This document shows, one piece after another, positions 41,385 through 53,573 of a stretch of 64,000 nt of DNA. Both the position numbers and the translations under genes were made by a program. Below the pieces are notes generated by a model. It saw only the letters and a list, made by a program, of their open reading frames with translations, was not told the origin of the DNA and made no database searches. Position 1 is the first letter of the stretch. Every line of letters begins with the position of its first letter. The stretch comes from Narcine bancroftii (lineage: Eukaryota): NCBI RefSeq assembly GCF_036971445.1, contig NC_091472.1, positions 298,282,001-298,346,000 of the forward strand, written 5' to 3'.

Positions 41385-43665
41385 AAAATACTCTTCATCT
41401 TGAGGTTGAGGATGATGGTCTTTGTTCCTATGGGCTCTTAAGTGGTTTATGAGTCCAATCTTCGAAAGTGGCCCACCGAGCAAAGGTGCCTGTGCATGTG
41501 TTTGTTTTACGTGCTCTAATATTGCATTCCAAGAAGCACATGATACTTCACAAATCAGCTATCTAGTTCCAATGGCATGAAATCATAACATTTGGAGCAG
41601 ATGGATTTGAGACAGCCTTCAACCAACCGCCTTCACAGACATTAAGCCTTCAACCGCCTTCACAGACATTAAGCCTTCAACCACCTTCACAGACATTAAG
41701 CCTTCAACAATTCAGACATTAAGCCTTCAACCGCCTTCACAGACATTAAGCCTTCAACCGCCTTCACAGACATTAAGCCTTCAACCGCCTTCGCAGACAT
41801 TAAGCCTTCAACCGCTTTTGCAGACATTAAGTCTTCAACCACTTTCGCAGACATTAAGCCTTCAACCGCCTTCGCAGACATTAAGCCTTCAACCGCCTTC
41901 ACAGACATTAAGCCTTCAACCACCTTCGCAGACATTAAGCCTTCAACCGCCTTCGCAGACATTAAGCCTTCAACCGCTTTCGCAGACATTAAGCCTTCAA
42001 CCGCCTTCGCAGACATTAAGCCTTCAACCGCCTTCGCAGACATTAAGCCTTCAACTGCCTTCGCAGACATTAAGCCTTCAACCGCCTTCGCAGACATTAA
42101 GCCTTCACCCGCCTTCGCAGACATTAAGCCTTCAACCGCCTTCGCAGACATTAAGCCTTCAACCGCCTTCGCAGACATTAAGCCTTCAACCGCTTTCGCA
42201 GACATTAAGCCTTCAACCGCCTTCGCAGACATTAAGCCTTCAACCGCTTTCACAGACATTAAGCCTTCAACCACCTTCACAGACATTAAGCCTTCAACAA
42301 TTCAGACATTAAGCCTTCAACCGCCTTCACAGACATTAAGCCTTCAACCGCCTTCACAGACATTAAGCCTTCAACCGCCTTCGCAGACATTAAGCCTTCA
42401 ACCGCTTTTGCAGACATTAAGCCTTCAACCACTTTCGCAGACATTAAGCCTTCAACCGCCTTCGCAGACATTAAGCCTTCAACCGCCTTCACAGACATTA
42501 AGCCTTCAACCACCTTCGCAGACATTAAGCCTTCAACCGCCTTCGCAGACATTAAGCCTTCAACCGCTTTCGCAGACATTAAGCCTTCAACCGCCTTCGC
42601 AGACATTAAGCCTTCAACCGCCTTCGCAGACATTAAGCCTTCAACCGCCTTCGCAGACATTAAGCCTTCAACCGCCTTCGCAGACATTAAGCCTTCAACC
42701 GCCTTCGCAGACATTAAGCCTTCAACCGCCTTCGCAGACATTAAGCCTTCAACCGCCTTCGCAGACATTAAGCCTTCAAACTGCCTTCGCAGACATTAAG
42801 CCTTCAACCGCCTTCGCAGACATTAAGCCTTCAACCGCCTTCGCAGACATTAAGCCTTCAACCGCCTTCGCAGACATTAAGCCTTCAACCGCCTTCGCAG
42901 ACATTAAGCCTTCAACCGCCTTCGCAGACATTGCCTTCAAAAATTCACAGACATTAAGCCTTCAACCGCCTTCACAGACATTAAACCTTCAACCATTCAC
43001 AGACATTAAGCCTTCAACCATTCACAGACATTAAGCCGTCAACCATTCACAGACATTAAGCCTTCAACCGCCTTCAAAGACATTAAGCCTTCAACCATTC
43101 ACAGACATTAAGCCTTCAACCATTCACAGACATTAAGCCTTCAACCATTCACAGACATTAAGCCTTCAACTGCCTTCGCAGACATTAAGCCTTCAACTGC
43201 CTTCGCAGACATTAAGCCTTCAACCGCCTTCGCAGACATTAAACCTTCAACAATTCACAGACATTGAGCCTTCAACCATTCACAGACATTGAGCCTTCAA
43301 CCGCCTTCACCGACATTAAACCTTCAACCGCCTTCGCAGACATTAAGCCTTCAACAATTCACAGACATTGAGCCTTCAACCATTCACAGACATTGAGCCT
43401 TCAACCGCCTTCACAGACATTAAGCCTTCAACCATTCACAGACATTAAGCCTTCAACCATTCACAGAGATTAAGCCTTCAACCACCTTCACAGACACTAA
43501 GTTTGAGGTAACTTTGTCTGCCTGTTCCAACATTGGCTGGATTGTTCTTTGTCAGGGACCTCACCCTCGACCTTACCACCATGGGTGGCCCTACAGGAGC
43601 ATAGTTCCTGACGGCATCGATCTCAGGACCACACAAGCTTCTCCTCTACAAAGTGACAATCTACA
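41385..43665 (-). mobile_element. Non-autonomous bipartite RTE-derived element (Bov-A-like 5' UTR + RTE-like 3' end) hosting a minisatellite
   Basis: Minus strand starts gattgtcactttg...aagcttgtgt...ctatg...agggccaccca...ctgacaaa, resembling RTE/BovB 5' UTRs; ends catcatcctcaacctcaagatgaagag. Confidence 0.65.
41613..43500. repeat. 27-bp minisatellite, about 70 units, consensus GCAGACATTAAGCCTTCAACCGCCTTC
   Basis: Directly visible; includes shorter (23-26 bp) variants and a 590-bp higher-order duplication. Confidence 0.98.
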
Positions 43666-44451
43666 GAGAAGCCTGAAAATATTATGTTTCATTCCAATTG
43701 TATAAGAAATATTTACTGTTGTACTGAGCCATAATTACATTTTCCCAACCTTTCTGACCATAAAATTGGCACAGTGGATCAGTTAGGCACAGATTCAACT
43801 GGGTGTAAATACACAAAAGTGCTGGAGAAATTCAACAGGGGTTTAGACCTGACATCACAGTGTCTGCTCTTTTGTTTCATTCCATTAAATTGGTGGATTT
43901 TTTTCATTGGCTCAGATTTTTATTGGAATGATCTCCTCCTTGTCATAAAAGTGTAGAATAGCTAGTGTTCAACTGTTTTTATTACTCTTTTTATATGCAT
44001 GTTTCTTGATGTATTGAACCAAATCGTATCCTCCATGTACTTTGTCATCTGGGAGGTTCTAAGCTTGGCAGCAGCACCTTTTTCTGAAATTATGAGACCA
44101 AAGTCCAGAAATTCAATCCACCAGCATGTATATGATTTAGAGGTGAGAGTTGGGTAATTGGCCACATGGACTTCCTCAACTAATCAATAAGATTATAGCT
44201 GCTTTGACTGTAATCTCAATTCCACATTCCTGCCTATCACCTGCAATGTTTCAGGTCTTTCCTTATTAAGAATCTACCCAATTCTGACTTGATGACTTTG
44301 CACCAACTAGCCTTTGAATAAACATAAATTCTGATGACTCAGCTTCAATTCCTGACCTCCTGTGCTCCCTGTGTGGAGTTTGCGCATTCTCTCCATCATC
44401 ATGTGGATTTCCTATGGAGGCTTCAGTTTCTGCTCATATCCTAAAAACAGA

Positions 44452-46677
44452 CAGTGTTCTCCATAATGTTTGGGACAAAACATTTTTTCCTTTTTTTTCC
44501 CTGTGCTGCACAGTTTCAAGTTTGTAATCAAACAATTCAAGAGACTGAAGTGCATATTCCAGATTTTATTCAAGGTTATTTGTATACATTTAGGTTTTAC
44601 CATGTAGAAATTACAGCACATTTTATACATAGTCCCCTTATTTCAGAGCACCATAATATTTGGGACAAAGTAATGGTATTTATTAAAGTACTAATATTTA
44701 AAAACCTCACAAAGATAAGCGTATACAGAGCCGTTGTCATACCCACACTCCTGTTCGGCTCCGAATCATGGGTCCTCTACCGGCACCACCTACGGCTCCT
44801 AGAACGCTTCCACCAGCGTTGTCTCCGCTCCATCCTCAACATCCATTGGAGCGCTCACACCCCTAACGTCGAGGTACTCGAGATGGCAGAGGTCGACAGC
44901 ATCGAGTCCACGCTGCTGAAGATCCAGCTGCGCTGGATGGGTCACGTCTCCAGAATGGAGGACCATCGCCTTCCCAAGATCGTATTATATGGCGAGCTCT
45001 CCACTGGCCACCGTGACAGAGGTGCACCAAAGAAAAGGTACAAGGACTGCCTAAAGAAATCTCTTGGTGCCTGCCACATTGACCACCGCCAGTGGGCTGA
45101 TAACGCCTCAAACCGTGCATCTTGGCACCTCACAGTTTGGCGGGCAGCAACCTCCTTTGAAGAAGACCGCAGAGCCCACCTCACTGACAAAAGGCAAAGG
45201 AGGAAAAACCCAACACCCAACCCCAACCAACCAATTTTCCCTTGCAACCGCTGCAATCGTGTCTGCCTGTCCCGCATCGGACTGGTCAGCCACAAACGAG
45301 CCTGCAGCTGACGTGGACTTTTTACCCCCTCCATAAATCTTCGTCCGCGAAGCCAAGCCAAAGAGAGAGAAGAGAATATTTAGTACTTTGTTACATATCC
45401 CTTGCATGCAATGCTTAAAGTCTGTGATTTCAAAGATACCATCAGGCTTGGAACATCTTCTCTGGTGATCCTCTGCCAGGCCTCTACTGCAGCCACCTTC
45501 AGCATGTTTAAAGGATTTTTCCCCTTAGGTTTTTCTCTTCAGTATATGGAAGGCACGCTGAATTGGATTTAAATTGGATGACTGATTTGGCCATTCAAGA
45601 ATTTTCCAGTGTTTAGCTTTGAAAAGCTCCTTTGTTGCTTTAGCAGTATGTTGGGATCATTGTCTTGCTGTAGGATGAAGTGCCATCCAATGTATTTAGA
45701 GGCATTTGCTCAAACTTGAGTAGATAATAAGATGTTTCTAACTCTTCAGAATTAATTTTGCTCCTGCCATCAGCAGTTAGATCATCAATGAAGATAAATG
45801 CTCCAGTACCTGTGGCAACCTTCCATGCCCAGGCCATAACACTTCCACCACAATGATACAGGTTAATCTTAGTCTCATCTGTCCACAAGACCTTTTTTAC
45901 AAAAATTTGCAGGCTCTTTTAAATACTTCTTGGCAAACTGTAATCTGACCATCCTGTTTCTGTGGCTAACTAGTCGTTTGCAATTTGCATATTAACCTCT
46001 ATATTTCTATTCATGAAGTCTTCTGCAAATGGAAGCCATTGGCACATCCACACCTACCTCGTGAAGAGTGTTTCTGATCTGTCAGACTGGTATTTGGGGA
46101 TTTTTCTTCATTATGATGAAAGTTCTTTTGTCATCAGCAGTGGAGGGTCTTCCTTGGCCCACCAGTCCTTTTGCCATTACTGAGCTCACCAGAATGCTCT
46201 TTCTTCTTAATGGTTTTCTAAACAGTTGATTTGGGTAATCCTAAAGTTTAGACTCTGTCTCTTCCTGCTTTATTCTTGTTTTTAAGCCAAATAATCGCTT
46301 ATTTGATTTTCATCGGCACAACTCTGGTCCTCGTGTTGAAAAATGGCAATTACAGACTCCTAAAGTTACCAAAAGCTTTGAAGCAAGTTGAGCTCTCTTA
46401 TACTTGTACCAATGAAGCAATTAAACATACCCAAATACTCACAAACAACTGTGAAGCCAAATGTCCCAAACATTATGATGCCCTCAAATGGGGGGGAACG
46501 ATGTCGCTTCTGGGGGTTTGTGCAGTAGTTTCTACATGTATGTAAATAACTTTGAATAAAATATTGAATGTGCACTTTAATTACATGACAATTGTTTGAT
46601 AACAAATTTAAAACTATGGAGCATAGGAGCAAAAAAGGAAAAAAGTGACCATGTCCCAAACATTATGGAGGGCACTG
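44452..46677 (-). mobile_element. IR/DR-type Tc1 DNA transposon, defective
   Basis: TIRs cagtgttctccataatgtttgggaca / tgtcccaaacattatggagggcactg-TA; inner direct repeats at about 44651 and 46462; transposase remnant WTDETKINL..GGSVMAW (45640..45888). Confidence 0.9.
44701..45374 (+). mobile_element. Young RTE LINE, copy 3, inserted in the Tc1
   Basis: Near-identical to 8383-9050; TSD aatattta at 44693-44700 and 45375-45382; GA-rich tail. Confidence 0.95.
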
Positions 46678-46850
46678 TACATAGCTGAAGATTAAGTAGC
46701 TTCTATAAATTGTCCTTGTATAGATAAGTGGAATAATCAGGTGATTTTATTAATTTATGATATTTCAGCCTTTTTAATCAATGTTTATTTTATATTCTCC
46801 ATAATATTTAAAAGTTAAATATATCTTTTCTGCCCATGATTGGCTGCTTA

Positions 46851-48405
46851 ATCAGAATCAGAATCAAAATTTATTGTCATGAATAAGTCACGAAATTTGG
46901 TGTTTTCCAGCAGCAACATTCTTATTATGAACCATCTTACAACAATAATATATATATAAAAATTAAAATAGTAATGCACGAAAGGTATGGCAGTGTCTTT
47001 GGTTCATTGATTATTTGGGAATCTTATGGCGGAGGGGAAGAAGCTGTCCCTGTGCCACTGGGTGTTTGTCTTTAGGCTAGTGTTCCTCCTTCCCGATGGT
47101 AGCCGAGTGAAGAGGGCATGGCCTAGGAAGGGGGTCTTTGAGACTAGAGTCTGCTTTTGTAAGACATTGTCTCATGTAGATGTTCTTGATGGAGTGGAGT
47201 CTGGTCCCTGTGATGTCACAGGCTGAGATAACAACGCTCTGGAGTGTTTTTTTTCTTGTCCTGAAATTTGACGCCTCCATACGACAGTGATGCAACCAGT
47301 GATGCATGGCCCTCCTGTCCTCAGCAGAGGGAGGAAGGGCGGTGATGAACGAGATGCACTGAGCTCCTTGCCCCGTCCTGGTGTCTGAGCATCAGCGTGT
47401 GGGGTCCAAACAGCAGGGACCACCGATTCTGGTCAAAATTATGGGGACATGTGGAGGGTCCAGGGCTGCGCTGGCCAGATCCAAAGTCCAGGGCTACACT
47501 GCCTGGGTCCAGGCCTGCACTGGCCAGGTCCAGGGGAGGAACAGGAGATGTTGAGGGCAGTCAAAAGAGAGAGCAGTGTTTTTTCAGGAAAAAAAATAAT
47601 CTAGTAGGTTGAGATTTGGGTCACTCCAAAAGTAAGGAGAAGCAGAAAAAAAAGAGGTTTAATGAGTGAAGTCAAAAATATTGAGGGGAGTGAGGAGAGA
47701 GCAGAGGGTTTGGGGGGAGGGAGAAGAGGGAGAGAGAAAACAGTTCAATTTTTCGCTCTGGATGTTATTTAGCTCAGAACGACTGGCCATACTCTGATCA
47801 CCTTGGTTTACTGGAACTCGAAAACAAAAATGGTATTGACATAGGAATTGGACTGCATTCCCACACTAATGCTACAGAGATAATTAACTACATAACCATT
47901 AACATTAAAAAGAAAATTTGCCAGCGTATCAAGCAGATAAATGGCAAAATTTCTGTTCTCATTGATGAATCAATAAGTCTGAACATTAAGAACATCCAAA
48001 TAGTTCATTTGAAATGTGAAAGTGATAAGGAAGGTGATCTTTATGTTGATAATTATATTTTATGATTAATTAGTTCACTACTCCCATGCAATATCTGTTG
48101 TATTATACAATACTCGATTATAGAATGCCAAATACAACATGGTGGTTACCAAGGCCCGATCTCACGAGACCTCAATGTCGCTGTTTTTAGTGAGGTCCAG
48201 CACCTTAAAAAATTAGCATGGCACCCTGGTCTTCACAAAGCATCTCACAAAGTGCAGCTACTGATTGGCCTTCTTCATGTTGGCATCAACATGGAGGCTC
48301 CAGGACAGATCCTCAGAGATGTTGACACTAAGGAATTTGAAGTTCTTGACCCTCTCCACTACTGAGCCCTCGATGAGGACTGGGTTGTGTTCCCCTGACT
48401 CCCTC
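46851..48405 (-). mobile_element. Rex1/Babar fragments (about 46851-47305 and 48232-48405)
   Basis: (ttctga)n tail; LQSVVISACDITG..L.SI.NIY..QCL.KA; upstream piece with FKFLSV...KKANQ. Confidence 0.75.
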
Positions 48406-48561
48406 ATTGCAGTTACTTATGTTAATGATCCTCTTAAATTCTTGCTAATAATGAAAAACATCCAGATAAAGGAACTCTCTTTATGGCCATAAGGAATAAA
48501 GGTTTTAATTGGACAAAGGTAAATTTTACTCAGCTTAGTTCGGCTGGGAGTCGGAGGAGGA

Positions 48562-50155
48562 CAATAGACAATAGGAGCTGGAGTAGGCCATTTGGCCCGT
48601 CGGGCCAGCACCGCCATTTTAGATCATGGCTGATCATTACCATCAGTACCCTTTTCCAGCCTTATCCCCATAACCCTTAACTCCGTTACCCACAAGAGTC
48701 TTATCTAACTCTCTTTTGAACATAGTCAGCGAATCCGCCTCTACCACCCTCTGTGGCAGAGCATTCCACAGATTCACACTTCTCTGGGTAAAAAAATGCT
48801 TTCTCATCTCCGTCCTAAAGGGCCTACCCTGTATTCTAAAACTATGCCCTCGTCTCCCCCATCATTGGGAACAAGTAATCAGACTTCACCTTGTCTATCC
48901 CCCTGATGATTTTGTATACCTCAATCATGACCCCCCTCATCCTTCTAAACTCCAATGGATACAAGTCCAGTTTTTCTAGCCTTGCTGCATATGACAACCC
49001 TGCCATCCCTGAAACTAACCTTGTAAATCTGCGCTGCACACCCTCTATAGCTAGTATGTCCTTCCTCAAGTTTGGAGACCAGAACTGGATGCAATACTCC
49101 AGGTGGGGTCTCACCAGGGCCCTGTATAACTGCAGAAGGGCGTCTCTGTTCCTATACTCCAATCCCCTCTTTATGAAAGCCAATATTCCATTTGCCTTCT
49201 TCACAGCTTTCAGAACCTGCATGCTAGCCTTCAGTGACCGGTGAACAAGTACACCCAGATCCATTTGCACTTCCCCACTCCCTAGCTTGTCTCCATTTAA
49301 ATAATACTCAACTTTCCTATTACTTCCCCCAAAATGAATAACCTCACATTTGTTCACATTGAAATTCATCTTCCATTTAGCCGCCCACTCCTCCAGCCTG
49401 TCCAAGTCCATCTGCATTTTCCTTACATCCTCCTCACACCCCACACCGCCACCCAGTTTAGTGTCATCTGCAAATTTGCTCTTGTTATTTATAATCCCCT
49501 CATCCAAATCATTAACATAAATTACAAACAACTGAGGACCCAACACCGATCCCTGAGGCACTCCACTCGTCACATCCTGCCATTCTGAAAAAGACCCATT
49601 TACTCCAACCCTTTGTTTCCTATCTCTTAACCAATTTCCTATCCATGTCAGCACCTTACCTCCAATACCATGCTCCCTGATCTTGCCCACTAGACTCCCG
49701 TGCGGTACCTTATCAAAGGCCAAATACACCACATCCACTGGCTCTCCCGAGTCCACCTTCTTTGTCACATCCTCAAAAAATTCCAGAAGGTTAGTCAAGC
49801 ATGACTTACCCTTAAGGAATCCATGCTGACTAGCCCTTATACTATTATTACTGACTAAGTGTTCTGCTATTTCTCCTTTTATGATGGACTCCAATATCTT
49901 CCCCACCACTGATGTCAGGCTAACCGGTCTATAATTTCCCGTTTTCTCCCTCCCTCCTTTCTTAAAAAGCGGCACCACATCAGCCACTCTCCAATCCTCA
50001 GGGACCTCCCCGGAATCTATGAAACTTTGGAAAATGTCGACCAGTGCCTCCACAATTTCCATAGCCACCTCTTTAAGCACCCTAGGATGCAGCCCATCAG
50101 GCCCTGGGGATTTATCAGCCCTCAGTCCCAACAATTTACTCATAACCTCCTGCTT
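48562..50155 (-). mobile_element. CR1 RT half with 3' UTR and (ctattgt)n tail
   Basis: 433-aa ORF: KSPGPDGLHPRVLKE, QHGF.KGKSCLTNL, SGVPQGSVLGP, KFADDTKL, LEYCIQFWSP. Confidence 0.95.
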
Positions 50156-52970
50156 CTGGAGAGATCAGAGGAGGAGGAGCTTGCTGAAAGTGAGTCAGAG
50201 GAGGAGGAGCTTGATGAAAGTGAGGCGAAGGTAAGCTATTAAAGTCGGGGGCTTACCGGGGCTTGGGCCTACTTGGTTCGGCTGGGAGTCGGAGGAGGAG
50301 CTTGGAGAGAGTCGGGCTGTGAATCAGAGGAGGAGGAGCTTGGTGAAAGTGACAGGGTTAATTGGTCAAGGGGCCAATAAAAGGAGTGAAAGGGGAGGGA
50401 GCGGCCAGCGAGGAGTGGCTCAGTGAGTGAGTGGAGCAGTGAAGGAGTGAGACTTCCTGGTTTTGGCTTATCAGGAGAAGGAGTGAGACTTCCTGGCTTT
50501 GGCTTATCAGGCTTCGGCAAAAGCAGGCAAGGAGAAAAGGTAAGCTGAGTTATTTGCCTTCATGTTCAGAGTCATGCCAATAGGGTTAGTGCTCTGTACT
50601 GGGTGTCGGATGTGGGAACAATGGGTGACCTCCACCCTCCCAAATACCCACATCTGCACCAGGTGTACCGAGATGCAGTTACTAAGGGAGCGAATTAGGG
50701 ATATGGAGTTGCAGATTGATGACCTGCGGCTTGTAAGGGAGAATGAGGAGTTAATCGACTCAACTTTCAGGGCGATAAATACTCCAGAACCCATGTCAGG
50801 TAAGTGGGAAACCGTCATGGGGGGGAAAGAAAAATGCGAGAAAAACGGAGAGCACACCAGTGACTATCCCACTCAGCAACAGTTACGTTGTGTTGGATTC
50901 TGTTGAGAGAGATGACTGGACAGAAGATGGCCACGGGCACCAGGTCAATGGCAATGAGGCTGGCAGAGTGGTGCAAAAGAAAAGGAAAAGGAGAAATGCA
51001 GTAGTTACTGGGGACTCCATTGTCAGAGGTACGACAGGAGGCTCTGTGAGCCAGGTAAGTATACCCGCATGGTGTGCTGCCTCCCTGGTGCAAGGGTACG
51101 AGATATCACAAATTGGGTCCAAAATATTCTGAGAGGAGAGGGAGAGCAGCCTGATGTCTTGGTACATGTGGGTACAAAAGATATTGACAAGAAAAGGGAG
51201 GAGGTAATGAAAAGGGATTACAGTGAGCTGGGACGAAAGCTGAAAGACAGGAATGCTAGGGTGGTGATCTCGGGATTACTACCTGTTCCAAGTGCAAGTG
51301 ATGAAAAGAATGTAAGGATAAGGAAAATGAACATGTGGCTGAGGTGCTGGTGTACAAGGCAAGGATTTGGCTTCTTGGATCATTGAGATCTCTTTTGGGG
51401 AAGGCATGATCTTTACAAGAGGGACGGGTTGCACCTAAATCCAAAAGGTGTCAACATTTTGCCAAGTATGTTTGGTACAGCAGTGGGGCAAGGTTTAAAC
51501 TAATTTGGCAGGGGTATGGGAACCAGAGTGATAGGAAAAAGGGAAGGGAAGATAAAGTAATGGGCAGGAAAAGTAAAATAGGAAAAGTAATGTTGGGAGG
51601 AGAAAGTAAAAAATCAGATGGTGCAGTGAGTTTTCGGGTCAATGATAGTGTTAAGAAAATTACAAAGAAAAATAGTGGGCAGAAAAATCAAAAGAAAAGG
51701 TTACAGAAGTCACGAGATATTAAAAGGACAAAGAGCATAAGGGCACTTTATCTGAATGCCCGCAGTATTAGAAATAAGGTTAGTGAACATGAGGCGCAAA
51801 TCGGTACCCATGCCTATGATTTGGTAACCATCACGGAAACATGGCTACAAGGTGACCCTAAATGGGAATTAAACTTTCAAGGGTATCAGGTGGTGCAAAG
51901 AGATAGACAGGATGGTAAGGGAGGTGGAGTTGCACTCTTAATCAAAGATGAGCTCCAGGCAGTAGTGAGGAATGATATAAGATCTAATGAGCATAATGTT
52001 GAGTCCATTTGGGTAGAGATAAAGAATAACAAAGGGAAAAAATTATTGGTGGGTGTTATCTATCGCCCACCATATAATAATAGTTTAGTGGCACAGGAAA
52101 TAAATAGAGAGATAAGTGAGGCATGTAATAATGATACGGCAGTCGTCATGGGGGACTTTAACTTCCACATAGATTGGGAAAATCAAGTTAGTCGTGAGAG
52201 TCTGGAAGAGGACTTCATAGAATGCATCCGCGATAGCTTTCTTGAGCAGCATGTTAAGGAACCCACAAGAGAAAATGCTCTCCTGTATCTAGTGTTGTGC
52301 AATGAGATAGGTAGAGTAAATGATATAATAGAGACCATCTGGGAAATAGCGATCATAGTATGATTGAATTTCTCTTTCAGATGGAAGGGGAAGTAGTTAG
52401 ATCTAAAACTAATATATTATGCTTAAACAGGGGTGACTACCATAGGATGAGGGAGGAATTGGGCAGAGTGGACTGGGAACACAGGCTCATTGATGAAACA
52501 GTTGAGGAACAGTGGAAGATTTTCAAAGAAATATTTTGTAATGCTCAACAAAAATATATTCTGGTCAGGAAAAAGGGCAGCAAGGGAGGGAAAAATCAAC
52601 CGTGGTTAACAAAGGAAATAAAGGAGAGTATAAAATTGAAGGTGCAGGTGTACAAAGCTGCAAAGAGCAGTGGGAAACTGAAAGATTGGGAAAACTTTAA
52701 GAGACAACAAGGGGTGACAAAGCGGGTAATAAGAAATGGGGAAAAAGGATTATGAAAGTAAATTGGCACAAAATATAAAAACAGAAAACAAAAAATTTTA
52801 TAAATATATAAAACGGAAGAGGGTGGCCAGAGTTAACATAGGACCCTTGGAGGATGAGAAAGGAAAACTGGTAGCAAAAAATGAGGAAATGGCCGAGGCA
52901 TTAAACAAATATTTTGTGTCAGTCTTCACGGTGAAAGACACGTCCAGCATGCCCAAGTGCGGAGTTAATG
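50156..52970 (+). mobile_element. CR1 5' half: repetitive 5' UTR, ORF1 (CxxC zinc finger/leucine zipper + SGNH esterase) and ORF2 APE endonuclease; ends before the RT
   Basis: CTGC..CTRC..LLRERI; GDSIVRG, CCLPGARV, VHVGT, DGLHLN; LYLNARSIRNK, ITETWL, GGGVAL, IYRPP, MGDFN; last motif LNKYFVSVFT. Confidence 0.93.
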
Positions 52971-53573
52971 CAGCATATATTTAGTAACTAGTCTAATTTC
53001 AAGGTCCCAGAGTTTTGGTTAATTGCAGACATTGAAATGAAGTGAGATTCTGACAACAAATAGATTGGTGATATTTGTTCAGTGCCTTGTTCTGTTTTCC
53101 ACTTGCTCAAAAATTGCCTGGCATAAAAATTGACAAGAGGCAATGAATTGTTACTAAAATCCTGGGATGTCAATGTGCCATGACTGTCCTTCTTTAAAAA
53201 AAATATATATTCTTCAAAAATATGAAAGCAGATCTCATTTTCTCATGACATTTAAATCTCCATTCCTTCTGCATTTTATTGTGATTCTCTTGAATCTTGT
53301 AGTAGATGCGATTTTTGTTTTCAATGTCAATTTGTATTTCTCTGAATACTTCAAAAAGTAGACTGTTGAAATTTATGATCCAACAATTGATGGGGATAAG
53401 GGATACATGGCTGAGAAAGACATTGTACACAAGAGCACAACAGAGTAAGCGCAGCACATAATTAATGGTTCAAAAATACCATGACAACAGTAACGAGGAA
53501 AGGCATTCAATTAAATTCTTAGGTTACAATAAACATTTTGAGAGAGAGGATATTCCTAGCTTATGGCTAGGGT

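Larger units (their letters stand above)
44340..46735 (+). mobile_element. V-SINE-like element split by the Tc1 insertion (halves about 44340-44451 and about 46678-46735)
   Basis: gtgtggagtttgcgcattctctcc...gtttctgctcatatcctaaaaac continues after the Tc1 as ...taaattgtccttgta. Confidence 0.6.

Noticed and set aside
41613-43500. CRISPR array or repetitive protein gene ((MSAKAVEGL)n, (QTLSLQPPS)n ORFs)
   Set aside because: Units are head-to-tail with no unique spacers and no cas genes; the ORFs arise because 27 is a multiple of 3, and shorter variant units break the frame.
44454-45311. 285-aa ORF as a novel gene
   Set aside because: Chance fusion of Tc1 terminal-repeat sequence with the truncated RTE frame.
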